Source: Paragordius varius
Taxonomy: Eukaryota > Animalia > Nematomorpha
DNA length: 64,000 bases
Assembly (NCBI GenBank): GCA_964247055.1
Contig: OZ176055.1
Span: forward strand, 4,030,001-4,094,000
Direction: 5' to 3'
Made by a program: the position numbers and the translations under genes. Below the pieces are notes generated by a model. The model searched no databases. It was not told the DNA's origin and worked only from the letters and a program-made list of their open reading frames with translations. Each line of letters starts with the position of its first letter. The stretch's first letter is position 1. Positions 36,796-51,828 of the stretch are shown here, piece by piece.

Positions 36796-38770
36796 TTAGT
36801 TTTTAATCTATGTTAACATATATTTGTTCGTTAATAATCAGTTTTTATTTTTAATATGGCTCGGACTACTCTCCTTTTGTCTAATAAGATAAAACATTTT
36901 ATAATGCCAGATTTAGTTTATATTTTTATAACTTTAGAAATTATTGCAGATTACAAACCAAATAAAAAAATAGAAGGCCATTTGATTCTATCATCGGCCC
37001 TTTTTAATTTTATCTAATGTTTAATAAAAGGGTAATTTGATTTTAAGTACAAAAATACAAAACTGCTCTTTAATATTAATTCACATTATTTTCCTAAGAC
37101 AAATATATCAGTTTTTTGAATCAAAACCTATCATAACAAAAGGGTCGATCTACCACAAAGCGGATTAGATTTTTTATATTGTTTCTTAACTATAAGATAT
37201 TTGTAAAAGTATGATCGCCAAAAGGTAGTGTCTTATATTTATCTAGTAGTAGTTTTATGACTGAAAAATAACATTTGCGAATTTGTAAAAGGAATAATTC
37301 CTAGATTATAAATATAAATTAATGATTTATTAATCAAAATAATAATGATAATAAGAAATATTATACAAAGCCTGTTTAAAGAGCGTGCTTTATGAGAGAC
37401 CCTTAATATAAAATTAATGAAAAAATGTAATTCAATTTAGTATGTGAGTCACATATGATACATATATTAAAAAAGCGTCATCCTTTACAAAAAATTTTTT
37501 AATAAAAGTTAGTAAATTAAAAATGTTTTGACGTATGTATATATTTACTTCGAAATATTAACAAGTATAAAAAAAATGAAATTGAAATAATTAGAAATAC
37601 GACTGTTTATATTTAACAACGCGCCCATTAACGTTTTTTTTTCGAAGACCATAACAGAAGGTTTATTTGTCCCTGTATCAAGCTCTATCCTATGTGTTGC
37701 TATCATAAGTGGAAACTGATGGAAAATTTAATAATATACGAAGTTTCCATATCAAAAGCCGCAACATTTATATATCTCAGTAAATTATTGTGTGTCAAAT
37801 TTTGGGGTCTTGTTTTTAACTTTTAATTCATTTATTTAGAAAATTAAAGTATGAGCTTTCAGAATTCAACACATTGATACTCTAACCGTGTCCCAGTGGC
37901 CACATCCGGCTCTAAAGTGCTGGCTCTGAATCATTAATAAAATATTTGAAATACTTATTTGGATAAATATCTGCAAATGTGTCAAACAGCTATGAAATAT
38001 TATTAGTATTATGGTCCTTTATTGGTGAATATTACACTGATTTATATTGGAAGGGTAAACCCTATATAAAATTAAAAATGGCCAAACAGCTGATCTTCAA
38101 TATATTAGCTTTAATTTTCAAATGGGATATAGCGCTAAAATCTATATGCCATATTTTATTTAAGTATTAGGAAATGTTAAAACACCCTATTATTTTTTTT
38201 AAACAAAAAGCGTTCTGGAGTTCTAAATTTTTAACATTAAAATTAGTATAAAAGCTTTGGTGAAAATATATAACAGGTTAAGGTGTTTTACAGTAAAAGT
38301 TCAAGTTATAAGGACAAAACGAAATATAAAGGGAATGTTTTTTTAAAAAAAACCATACTTTTTTAAACCTTAATTTATCATATATAAATAATATAATTAC
38401 AATCGTAAAATACATAATTGATTGTGTTACCAATTTTTGTTTAAATTTTATACTTTTCCTTTTAAAACAATAAGCTATATTTAATAAAAGCAACATTAAT
38501 AAGTATGTTCTAGAAAAAAATTGTCTTCATATTATTACTTTTTCTTACTGTAGTTCAGTTTTTGTAAAATCAGAGATGTTAGCTGTGTCTGAGGAAATCA
38601 TATTAAATTGATTAACTATTACATATTTTCTGCAGAAGTATAAATTTTGATTAAATTATATGAATAATTTAAACTCCCATTTAAGTGATTTTCGAAAAAT
38701 ACCAATTTGTTTTGCAATGCTTTTAATTGTAAAAACATCATCATTCTAATTCGTCGCCTTTTTTTATTAT

Positions 38771-39317
38771 TTAACACTTCGATTTAAATTGGAAAAACTA
38801 GTCTCAGGCCTTATTTAAATTGATATAAATAAAAACTACTGAAGGAGACCTAATTTAAATTTATGCTTCTATCCTAATAATAATTATATAAATATGCCAA
38901 AATATTAAAAATATAATTTTGAAAAAAAGCCCCATATCAGTCTGATTCGAAGCCATTTTATTTTACAACCTTTTTGCGGAATTTGCTAACGCTAAATTTA
39001 GGTTAATTTTTTAAATCATATTTAAAATTAATATAAACAGAAAAGTGGTTTATTTTGCAATAATTTTATATTTAACTAATGCATACATGTCATATTAGCT
39101 TAATTTTTACCTTCGGGTTTATCCATAAAATAAATTTTAGGGTTTTTTTGTACAACATTTTTTATATTTCGGTTCGATATTATATAAAGGCAAACTTTTG
39201 AAATGGTTCTATTTGCTCCATATTTATGAAATATTTGATTTTACACAGGCGGGGTTTACGAGGGAACCCAATTTGAATTGAAGGATTGAAATGAATGTCT
39301 TGTATTAAAGTGTTTAA
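38771..39317 (+). mobile_element. piggyBac-like MITE family A, older copy
   Basis: TTAACACTTCGAT start, collinear interior, degenerate right end. Confidence 0.78.
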
Positions 39318-39344
39318 TCGTTAATAGTTTAACAGGCTATCACT

Positions 39345-40420
39345 CAAAAATATTTTTATTTTTCAAGAGCTAGTTTATGACCAGCGTATTCATTTGCCGT
39401 AAAATTTTTATTTGTTTACCTAGTTTTTGAAATATTGAGAGACAATCGAAATCGGGCAAAAAGTGAAAATTAAGGATAATTCAAAAAATAATGATAAAAG
39501 TTGAGATAATATGGTTGAATATCATTTGGGGAGTTTTCTATATATAAATAGCTTAAAATCATATAAATAAGGTTTCTATAAAATCTCAGTTCAAAAATGG
39601 CTTTTTCTTTTAACACACTTAAAAGTCAAAAAGATTTTTATGAAACTATATAAAAATATTTTCTATATTTACTAGCTAAACTCACTATTAAAATCTTATA
39701 ATTCATATCTTATTGGATAAAACTTCTATATCAAAATAAAACAAAAGAATATTTTTTTATTTTTCATTTTTTTGTCATCTGGTTTATGAGTGTTTAAAAA
39801 ATTTATACTGCTTTATTTTTGAATCTTACATGAGTGGGGGTTATAAAGTATATAATTTATGCAAAAAAGTTCTAAAAATGGAAAATCAACTAAATATCCG
39901 TACATATTTCAGTTAAAATATTAAATTGAGTTAAACAAATTTGTTAGAGGGATTTGAACGGATTGTTGGTTGATATTTAATTACTTTTATATCCTATTTT
40001 GCATAAAATATATATTTTTTAACTCCCATTTATGTAAGATTCCAAAATAAAATAGTATAGTTTTTTATACACTCATAAACCAGTTGAAAAAATGAAATAA
40101 ATAAAAAACAATATATTTTAGTTTTATTTTGATATAGTTTTTTACTAAATAAAATATGATAAAAAGAAAAACGCCATCTTTTGTACAGAGATTTATAGAA
40201 ACCCTATTTATATGAAGCTACTTATCCATAGAAAATATCCCCAAAATGATAATCAACTATAATATATCTTTTATCCTTATTTTTTGAATTATCTTTAATT
40301 ATCCTTAATTTTCACTTTTTGCCCGATTTTGATTTTCTCTTCTTATTTCAAAAACTAGGTGGTCAACCATTGCGGCAAATTCAATCGTCATAAGCTATCT
40401 CATAAAAAAATTTTTTTTTA
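39345..40420. mobile_element. ~1.1-kb imperfect palindrome (foldback element)
   Basis: Arms of ~500 bp are reverse complements, e.g. aaatcgggcaaaaagtgaaaattaaggataatt (~39450) vs aattatccttaattttcactttttgcccgattt (~40300). Confidence 0.8.
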
Positions 40421-43400
40421 AAAAAAATTAACCCTCTTTTTTGAACCAGTGTATTATAGTAAATGATAAGTTATGGAGGTATTCTAATTATAGATTTTAG
40501 AAGTTACAATATAAATATCAGCTTTTATATGTAGAAAAATGATACAAATTACAACTTATAAATTTAAATCCTGGGTACAAACACCCATAATGTCATCATG
40601 TGCAAAATCAAAGACAAACGATAATGATTTAATTGAGTAATTATTTTGTAAAATCTCTGATTTCGCAAAATTGGCGGCATGCATTATTTTTAAGAATGAC
40701 TATGCTATAATTTATGAGTTTAAATTGAAATTTTTCTTACCCAATTATTTGTGAAATTTTGTTATTATTAATAATAAACTGAGAAATTTCTTAATATCCT
40801 AATACAATAATGATTAATTTAAAATTTGTCATGATAGGTGACATTAATTATCTAAATATATTATAAAGAGTAAAAACTTATTTAAATCCATTATTTTCAT
40901 TGCAATATGACCACCATCAAAAAATATAAATAAAAATATCTCAGTAATAAATCATAAGGGGTAGAGAGTGTATATATCAGAATGCTCTTATATTCCAAGA
41001 TTTTAAAATGATTTATATTTATGATTTATTATGACTTAATATAAAAATGGTGACATTATTTTTGAATAAATAATTTATTGTAGTTTTTTACTTCACCTGG
41101 CTGGTTTTTATGTGATAAGAATTTTTTTAAGTTAACATTTTCTAAAAACACAATAACAAAAAAGTCAATGTTATTATCATTATCATATTAACGTTAAATA
41201 AAAAAATTTAAATAATATTTGGCTAGTTAATAAAAAATGCAAAATGTGACAACATAGAAATCGTTCTTTTTTTATTCCACACTCTTTATAAGTTAGTGGT
41301 TGGTCATATTCATATTTTTTCAAAATAAAAATAGAGCTTTTATAAATATATATACATGTACAACTCATACATTAATATAGTAAACGCATGTTTTAACACA
41401 AAAATCGATAAGGATCTCTTTTTACTTATCCCATTTATTATAAACCTGAAAAACTAATAAAAAATGAATGTTAGAATACTTTATTATCCTTTACTTTCAA
41501 GTTATGAAAGTGCTATCATAAATTTTCTCTTCCGATGCAACTAACTGTATTAAGAAACAGCGCTGACAAAATTTCCTTTTAATTAGTTTCCGAAAAAATG
41601 CCGAGTTTCCTTCTTATCTTTGATGAAAACCCGCAACAGAACACAAACACAGACTTTAACACTTGTTGACTTTCTCAAACATATGCTTTTGTCACAAAAA
41701 AATTTCGATGATATTTTTATTTTTGGTAAAATATTCTAAAATTAATCTTGTTTTTTGTTGCCCCTAATCACCCTATTTACTAATAAACATAAATCAAAAG
41801 TGTGCCCACGTATAAATTAGTTCCGCTTTTATTGATTTTTTCTATATTTGAATAAAAACTGACTACTTTGGATTTATCTTGGTTTTAATAAGAATTCTAA
41901 TCATATTAAATATAGGTGATTAATTTTTTGAGGACATTATTATCTTTGCAAATTAATTGAAATTAAATTAAAATGTGGCTTTATATCTGTTAAATGTATC
42001 ATATAAATTGGTTTACGTTATAGCCGGTTATCTAAAAGCTAAAATTTTAAAAGTTTTTTACTGTCCTCTAGTGAGAACGTTCCGAATTCAATGTTCTTTT
42101 TAATATAAAATTATATTCCAGGATCAATAAACAGAGTATAGAAATATAGCTCCTTTTTTCTTTTTAATTTAATTTTAATTTAATATTCTTATATACACAG
42201 CTTCTAAATTGATATATACAGCTGGACTAGTTCAAATTCGCTTTTTAATTAGATATTCTGTGTGATATTTTATGCGGCCGAAAAATTTATATAATGGACG
42301 AGTTGTGAAGAAAAGATTTTCACTAAATATTTATAAGGCAAAAATATTTTGCATTCTGGTTTGTTTTCAAGAGAACGAAACGTAATGAAATGGAATGGAT
42401 TCTAAAGTATTGGTCCTATTGGAACTGTCATATATTTATTTGTTTTATTTCTGAGATTTTTCGCTTATTATTACAACGCTTCATACCAATATTAATGGTG
42501 GTATTAACATTATTCATAAATATGGTCATGATATAATTCTTAAACCATAAATTCCTTTCATTTGCAAATAACGTAATAAAAATTAGAAAATAAGTTTTTT
42601 CTAAAAAAAATAATTAAATCTATTTTTATAATTTTTTTTGGATATATGCTATCTATAATCCATCCATTCCCCTGAAAAATTCATTCGAAAGTAAAATAAC
42701 TTTATTTAAATGTGTGTTTTCAATTCAACTTATCTGGTTATTCTCCACATGCCAACTGCTAATATATTATAAAATATTTTATACGAGGTCAGTTGCCCGG
42801 AATAAAATTTTTTCGGGTTAAAGTTGAAAAGTTTATGTTTTAAGAAAAGCTTATGGTACTATTGTTTTTAATCAAATAATCTGATTTCTTCATTTCTTTT
42901 TACCTTTATTTTTGATACTATGTTAATACTTTAATTGATTTATAATAAAATATAATATTTTCACTTTATGACCTTTTGGGGTAGTTTGATACCGGCCATT
43001 TAAAATTGAGGTATCTTAAAAATATTTTGGGTGTATACCAATTTTTTTTATAAAAAATGTAAAATGTAAAAAGTCATCATCTTCTCAAACTTTTCTGCCG
43101 CCCTTTTTCCTTTATTTTATTTTCATAAATTGTGTATAAAAAAGGCAAATAAAAGTATATATGACTGAAAATATAAATTAATTAACTTTGTAAGCTTTAT
43201 AGACACAATTTACCAGCATATTTTTGATATTTATCGATTTTAATGTGAGCTGTTCTATCTTGTTTTCGAATCTGAATTCGGCACTATAAAAGTTAAAAAC
43301 TGTGAAAATTCAATTTTGTTATCAAAGGGAAGTTTTGATAAATTGATTTTAATAACTCTATAAACAATTTGTTTATTATACTCAGTGTAGAATACAACCT

Positions 43401-44872
43401 TAAAGTTATACCTTACAAAGAAGATAATCTACAGTTAAAATAAAATCAATTTTGAAATATTTTTAACTGCGATTCCTATTCTAAGGGTTTCAAAAAGACT
43501 TAAAATCCGTTAAAATTGATAAGTTATTATTCACAGAAATGTTGACAATAAAATAGCTAAGATTTTATAGTTAATGTTATATATACATATTTGGTTTTTA
43601 CGGATTTTTCTGAGATATATCTATGATTTATTCTGCCACTTGCCAATAACATATCAAAAATTTAATCATATTTATAGAAATTCTTAAATTTATTATTTAA
43701 ATTATATTACTCGCTATAATATTTAGTTGGTCTAACCTTCTTATTTCCCAGTTACTGAGAGTTAATATTCACATAAAATTATTTTGTCGCGTTTATGTGT
43801 GACATCATTTAGAAACAGCTAACTTTTTAAATAAATTTTATGTGAAGGTCATCATCATTCATTTATCACAAAATTAATAAATTATATTTTGGATAAATTA
43901 AATCCCATATAACTACCATATATTTCTGTCTGTTTTTGTATTTCGTATATAAAAACTTAATGTAATATTTTTCTTTCAACCTATATTATATTGTAAAATT
44001 AGGGATACTACCAAATATGAATATTAAATAGTTTGTTTTATCTAATAATTATGTTAATAATTACATTATAGTTTGAGAGTAAAGTAAATCTATTTTTAAA
44101 GCAAATATTGGAAGAAGCGCAGCATCTTATAACTTTTATTTATTCTGATTTTTATCTTTTTTAGTTCCGTAAGATATAAATATTTCATATTTTTGAAAAA
44201 TATCCAAAAAAATATTTTTCAAAGTGAAGATATATGCAAAAATCAATAATACATTGTTATACACTATATGTAGTATATATATTATCAGATAAAAAATCAA
44301 ATGTTTTAGCCATATTAACAGATAGTGACCATAATGATCGATATGTTAAACACATCCTCTTTTATTAATTAAAAGATTTTAAATTTTTATAGTTTGGTTA
44401 ATGTTATATCCTTAATGTGATTGATAAATATAAAACAAAACCCTGTCTGGTTTATAATAGTGCACTTCACAACAAGTTTCTCTACTAGATAGTTTTTAAT
44501 TAAGGATAAATTTGGCCACATAAATAATAACCCTGTTAAAAAATCAAAAGTCTGGTTTTCCGTTTTCCAGCTTGCATAATTATATGAAAATTTTAAAATG
44601 ATATTTTAATATATGTTTATGATTCAAAAATTAATTAATCTTGAGTATCTCAAGAATCATATATAAGCAACAAGATGGTTCAATTGTATCCGTGCTTTTC
44701 CCTAAATTTAATTAAATTTATTTAAAAAATTAAAAATATATAGAATAAATTTATTGGAAGATAGGTATAAACAAGTTAAAACCTTTATTTAAATTAAACT
44801 TGTATAAAAATATATTTATTCGTAGTGAATATAAAGATGGCGTTTTTTAGCAGGTCATTATATTTAAGTAAA

Positions 44873-45283
44873 AAACTTCGATTCTAATTGGGGTGTAGGA
44901 ATGCCCCAGACAATATTTAAATTGATATTTTTAAATAACTGCTGAAAGAAACTCCAATTGAAATTTATGCTTCTATCTAACTAAATATTATATAAACAAA
45001 CCACAATATCTAAATTAAATTTAGTTTTGGAAAAAAATTTCGTATCAAACTACTTGACGCCATTTTCATTTTGCAAAATTTTTTCAAAATATCGTGTTAA
45101 TTTGATTCATGCCTAAGGTTTACTTTTTGATTAAAATCACATTTAACATTGTTATAAAAAAGAGTGGTATATTTTGCAATATTTTTATATCTAGCCATTT
45201 TTGATATTTAATTTTAAACAAGCCTTGGGATAACCAATTTGAATCGAAGGACTAAAATGAATGTGTTATATCCAAGTGTTTAA
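44873..45283 (+). mobile_element. piggyBac-like MITE family A, internally deleted copy
   Basis: Left and right ends are recognisable; ~170 bp shorter than the reference copy. Confidence 0.75.
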
Positions 45284-47460
45284 AGTAAAAAGATATCACA
45301 ATTTTTAAATTTTGAGACAATATCTTAAAAGAGAAATATCCATGTTTCACATTAACACTTGAGAAATATGGAATTATAGCCTAAAAAGATGGATTAGGTG
45401 TTTTGTCTGTTTTCAGCTATAATAGCATCTCTATTTTGTTTAATTTAATTTTTTTAATATAAAACACTTCCAACACGAATAACGCGGGCCTCATCTCTGG
45501 AACAAAAAAGCTATTCGGCCGCATTTGGAAAATGGGCATTAAACAAATATTTTAGTAGATAGACCTAAGTCTGTAAAAGAACTATTTATTTTAACACTAT
45601 TTTGCTTTTGATCAAATTTGTTAAAAAAATTTCTATTACATTTCGTAAAATTTTGTATATATGATTTCTTCCGAGCCGCATTGATATTATGGATTGGCAT
45701 GTTGAAAACCCCTGTTCTAAAATAATCTCTTCTTTCGGTTTTTATACCTGATTATAACTTTTTTAAAACTTTTATATATTATAAATACTTATATGTTTGG
45801 TAAAAAACCCAAATAAACCAAATGTAATCTTAAATAGCACGCGTATGCAATATTTCTTTTAACTTTGCACGGCCTTATTGCATTTAGTTTTGTTAAGACA
45901 AGAAACTAAGAAGTTACAAATTACAAAATTAAATGTGCATAACTTTCAAATTTATTAGTCACATACAAGCCATCTTAAAAAACAACAAATTATAGTAATG
46001 AAAAATTTTTTCACACGAGAGATTTTAAATATATTTTAAATAAAATTACTTCTTTCATATTTTGTCGAAATGATTTTAACAAAAAGGGTTTTCTCAGTTT
46101 AAAATAAGTAATTAAAGGTTTCATCGCTAGAAATTTTAAAGCGTAAAGATGGATAGTATCTTAAGGTTCTGATTTCAGGGATTTTAGGTTTTCTTAAATG
46201 TCAAAATATTCATCCCATTATATTATTTATTTAATCCGTTTTTCAATTTCGGCACATTTTATCAACCGATTCTTATTTAATCAACCCAAGTTCGTGGCTT
46301 ATAGCCATAATATTTGTTTAAATTCTTTTTTACTTAATTCATAATTTATATTATCAGTTTTAATTAGTTAGTATATTACAGTTAAGAATGAAATACATAG
46401 TATCAGTAATTAAAACATAAATTGACTTCATCGACGCTCATCTTCTAAAATTTACCAATCACGTGACTGAATTTTTTTTTTACAGCATTATTTCTTGTCG
46501 GTGCCCCCCCCCCCCCCCATCTTGCATCGCTATTTAGTCAAAATAAAAAATTTCTGAGCAATAAGCTGGTGATAAAACAGAGGTAAAGGAAAATATTTTA
46601 AATTATAACAAAATTATAAATCAAAATGTCTTCTTGACTATTTCTGGTGACTTATTCTATATACCTTTTAATTTGTCATACGTTTATAATTGAAATTATT
46701 GCAATATTAAAGCGCTCAGACAAATATTAGTATATAATATTATAGGGCAACTTTCTTAAAAATGGGGTATTAAGCTCGGCACATTTTTAAATGAATGAAT
46801 ATCAATTAATGTAGTTAAATGGTCCTAGATGAATATAGAAAAATCCTTCAGAGCCCACATTTTGTATGTTTGCTAACTATATAAATGTAGCGACATAATA
46901 TGAAAATGTCTTCCTGTTTTGCAGAAAAATACTTTACTTTTTTTGCACGGGGTAAGGCGGATGAGTAAATTTAAAGAAGAAAAACAATTTTGATAAATAT
47001 CATTGATTTTGAAATGGCCTTTACACGTTCCCCTTTGGTATGCGACCCCTGCCCTCTTTTGCGCACGCTAGAGGCGATTTAGAGCCAGAAATTAAAAAAT
47101 TATTTACCTCGATCTCCAACACTTATTTGGATTTATTTTTTAAAAAAATTAATATCTGTCAATCGTTACAATGCTATATCTATTTTAATAACCATATCCA
47201 CTATTATGATATAATAATAATATTTAATCCATCATTTTTTGATCCAAAAAATAATCAATTATTTATTTGATGTGAGATGTAAGGTGGAATTAAGTAATGC
47301 CATATATTTTTCGCCAAAACCTATTTATGGAAAAAAATATCATATTTTTACAAATCTTTTAAATTGCATCCAAAAATATCCGTATAAAAATGAATCTGTT
47401 CCTAAGTTTTGAATTAATTAGATAAAAAAATTTAAAAAATAGCAATGTAAATTATAAAAT

Positions 47461-47590
47461 TGGCGTGATGGTATACTAGGTAGGGCGCCGGACTCTTATA
47501 CTACGTGCCAGAGTTTGAACCCCGAAACTACGCAATATCATCACCGTCATTCCTGGGCAGGCGAGTGTTACCTTTATAAGTCCGGATACA
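47461..47590 (+). mobile_element. tRNA-derived SINE (degenerate)
   Basis: A-box-like TGGTATACTAGG and B-box-like GAGTTTGAACCC at tRNA spacing, followed by a non-tRNA body containing tgggcaggcgagtgtta, which recurs at ~60885. Confidence 0.6.
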
Positions 47591-50500
47591 ATTTAAATCC
47601 TTGGCTTTTTAAAAAAAGGAAAAAAGTTATTCTAAACTGTATATATAATGTAAATAAAATCGTATGAGAAATCGAAGAATTGACAAAAAAATTATCAATC
47701 GTCTAATTTTTTAATATATTAATTACTAGGAAATAAGAAATATATAGATACAGCGCATCCGATTAGAACCATTTATCGACTTTTCTATAGTTAACCAAAA
47801 TAGATAATTCACAATATATTAGCAACAATATTGAAACCTAAGGGCCTTTAATATTATAATTAGAATTGTTAATCAAAACGATGATTGTTAGAACTGATTT
47901 TTTTATGCGATCCCTAAACTAACTCAAAATATTTGGCCTATTTGAACACAAAACATTTTACATACATATACAATTCCATTGTTTAAGGCATTCAACACCT
48001 CAAAGTTTAAATCAAAATTAATTTTATAAATCTATAATTAATTTTTTTAACTTGCACCATTTGGTTGATTTTGGGCTGTAGTATTCTTCTTTATATATGT
48101 TTTTCCCAAATTTAAAAATACTGCGACAAAAGAAAGAAACATCTAAGCATGACTATATTATCTAATATACGAGTACTTGAAATAAGGGTTACTTAATTTA
48201 AAATAAAATTGACTTATAAATTATAAAGCCAAATAGAAGAAACATTTTATCCATCACATTGAAAAGATCTGGGCTTTATTTCTGCTATTCTCTTATTGAA
48301 GGCCATGTTTTTTAAATTTCTGATTACGCTGGTTACAACAATTAAGTTTCTCTGTGCTATAGCATTTATCCATAAACTGCGTTTGACAATGAAATTTTTA
48401 GAAAATCAATGAATTATATTTTTGATAAAATTTTGAGACCATTACTAGCGTTATATATAACAAAATAAACTATTTGCGAGTCATTCAAGTGGAACACCGC
48501 CTAAGTAATAAATCTTCAATTTTATATTGGTTAAAATCTAGAGTCGAATAAGTGTATCTCTTAATTGTATCAACAGCAAAGAAAGCGTTTTATACCTTTA
48601 AAAGTTTTATAGGATTTTCGCAAGCAAAATGGTTTACTGTTATTATTAATTTGATTATATTAATATTAATTTACCTGGAAATTATTTTTAAAACATGTCT
48701 AAAATTCTAAAAAAAATATATATTATATATTATATTATTTTAATACACATATTTTAGAAGTCTGATTTGCCATACTATACCTTAGCATTAGAGTTTAAAA
48801 ATTCTTAATTATAGCGGTTGAATTATATTAAAATTTATTCATAATTTGATTGCTCCCATAGTAGAACTATTTCAAAATGAATATGACCTTGAGTAGAATT
48901 TTCTGCCATTTTAATTATTATTATTGCTATCATTATTTTGATGATGATAATACACTGTAGAATTGTGCAATTAATTTTTAACTATATAATCAAAATGACA
49001 AAAATATTTACAAACTGCACAAAACTGGTCCGCATAAATGTTTCTTTTGTGCGAAAAAAAGTAAATTTAAATGATGATATTAAAGAAAAAAAAAGAAGAC
49101 AGTTTCCCATAGACTAAAATCTATTTTCACAAGGCAAAATAAACTTTGATGATTATTTCATAATACCCCAATAAAACAGTTTTCCATCATTTTTTATCAA
49201 TTAAAGATTCTTACAAAAGGACAAAAATTACCCATATATAATTGGTTGCGGATTTTATTTCATAACTTATCTTTTATTTCTTGACATTTTCTATCCTATA
49301 TTACAATTAGTAAATTTTTATAAATCTTTTCAAAGGCTGATCTTTAGCAAAAACATACTGTTAGTTATCGTCTGCTATTTATTCTTACATCTGATGTAAA
49401 GTAATATTATTTTGAGTATCACGTTCAAAATCAAGCAAAGTCCAAATTTGACATATTAAATCTTACATGTGCTTAAAACATACCTCCGCATTCTAAAATA
49501 TGATATCAATCTAGCACACGGATTTTGAATAAAACTGGTTATAAATTCCAATATAGGTATGACATTTTAACATATAATTAGGATTGTTATTTGTTATTTT
49601 TTTAAGGTTTTTTTCTTTTCTCAATGTTTTATTTTTTTCTTCGTGATTATGTCCAATACTCGTAACGATATATATTTGTGATATTTTTAGAAATTTTAAA
49701 TCGATCTTTTCCCCGATATATCTACAAATATTAATAATTTGTAGGATCCATTAAATATTTTTTAGTGTCATAAATTAATTTTTTATTTGATTTAAGTCAA
49801 ATAAATACGTTATTAAAAAGCAATCTGTCAAAACAAGGTGACAATTAAAAAATCTTGCCAATTAAAATTAATTTTATTATTAGAAGTACGGACTCTGCTT
49901 GCTCATTTATTATTATTAATATATATCCCAAAGATAAGTTATCTATTTAAGGTTATTTACTTTCTGGATCAAGTATCTATCTATACAAACATGATTAGAA
50001 TTTCATTCATATTTCCGTTGGATTAATTTGTATAGATACAATAACAATATAAATATAATATTTTATCTATATATGTAAAATTATAACAACAGTAAAATGT
50101 AAAACATAAATCATAGAAAAATGATTTATTTAAGGAAATAGCCTTTAACAAGTACAAATAGAATCTTAAAATGGATGAGTATATATCGAATGTGAGAAAG
50201 GGATTATATATTTGATGATTTTCTTCTCATTCTCGTGTTTTTTACAATCTTTCTTAGCGAGAAATGATTATTAAAAAACATAAAACATGCACACAATCTT
50301 TTAGCAAAGCCATCTTTTTTATAAATTGTGGTAAGATACCAAACAAAAGTTATTTTTTACCAGTATTTTCCGTTAGTTTTTATTATAATAGTATCATAAT
50401 TTGTTTTAAACCTAAATAAAATTGTGAGGACATGACACTTACAGAAGGCGATTATCCCAAAAATGGTATTGTTCCTTAATATATAATCTCTTTAAATATA

Positions 50501-51791
50501 ATCATACTACTGTTTTTTGTTCAAAAAACTTGCCAATGTAAAATTTGCTTGGTTGTTACTTACATTATAAAATGGAAATTTTTACAAATCCTTTAAAGTA
50601 TTATAACTATCTATGGCTTTAAATTTTAAAATAGAATAATAAATTTTTATTTGGTCACCAACCTGAATCCCTATGGGATTACGATTGAAAGGTCTAACTA
50701 ACATTTCATTCTATTAATAACTAATATATCATATACATCTAGCCACATAATATAGAGATGAAATATTTAAAATGGGAAAAAAATAAGGTCCAAATAAAAA
50801 ATATATGGTTAAAAGTTTTATTAAGCAAAAATTTACGTCCTAAAACCATTGAATTTAGTTTATGTTGTATTTTATTATGGATTCTAAAAAAGTAAATGAT
50901 TTTTGGATTGCGGAATTTTAAGATATGGTTGGAAATGACAATTTAATGGAAGAAATGCTTTAATTCATGTTTTGATAATACTCAGGTGAAAATAATGAAT
51001 ATAAAATTTATAAAAGATTGATTTTTATTATATAGATTAGCGTCAAAGTAGCCCCAAATAAGTTACAAATGTATTTTTTTCTATCAAAGATAATACGATT
51101 TTTTAAAATGTGGATTGTTATTAAAAATATAAACAGTTCAAGATACATCATAAATAAAATGTAAAATTGTTATAGTTTAACTAAATCATAAATTTGAAAA
51201 GTACATAGTTTTTATATTTTTTTGAAAAGTTCAGCACTAACTTTTTACCAAAAACGGCACGAAATCGTGCTCTCATAGTATATATATAGATAACTGAATA
51301 CTATTAAATAAATAACCAATTATGTTTGCAAAAACTGATAAAAAATATTTTTTTAAAAAAATTTAAAAGTTAATATTTTAATTATTTAGCTCCTATGCAA
51401 TAATGCCTAAAACGTACTCAAAAATAATTAATTAATATTAATGTTCCCTTTTTGGCATAGCATCTCTTAATATTTCTTGTGATATACCGCATAAATTTTC
51501 ACACTGAATATAATTATGTATATTAAAGACGAAGATCAAAGAATCAAGATAAGTAAGTCACCTTAAATTATTAAAATTAATTAAAAATATTTTTGAGATC
51601 TTACAAAACCATATAAAGATAAAAAGTCCAATTTTTTTGCAAAACCATTTTAAATTATGATTTAGGATTAAACCAAGCCTTAGCCAATTTTGAGATAAAT
51701 ACAGATTTGCCAAGTAATAAAAATAAAAAATAAGCCTTAATTTACGATTTAGGTATAAATATAATATTACATTTGATTTTACCTCTTAATC

Positions 51792-51794
<3 letters not shown>

Positions 51795-51827
<33 letters not shown>
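51795..51827. repeat. (TA)n microsatellite
   Basis: Direct reading. Confidence 0.95.

Positions 51828-51828
<1 letters not shown>

Noticed and set aside
35568-46520. Poly-G/poly-C runs (35568-35582, 46505-46519, 29444-29452) as G-quadruplex regulators
   Set aside because: Single homopolymer runs at or in transposon ends, a common feature of such elements.
47461-47535. Functional tRNA gene
   Set aside because: The acceptor stem does not close and the boxes are degenerate; treated as a SINE head. No genuine tRNA or rRNA gene was seen in the window.
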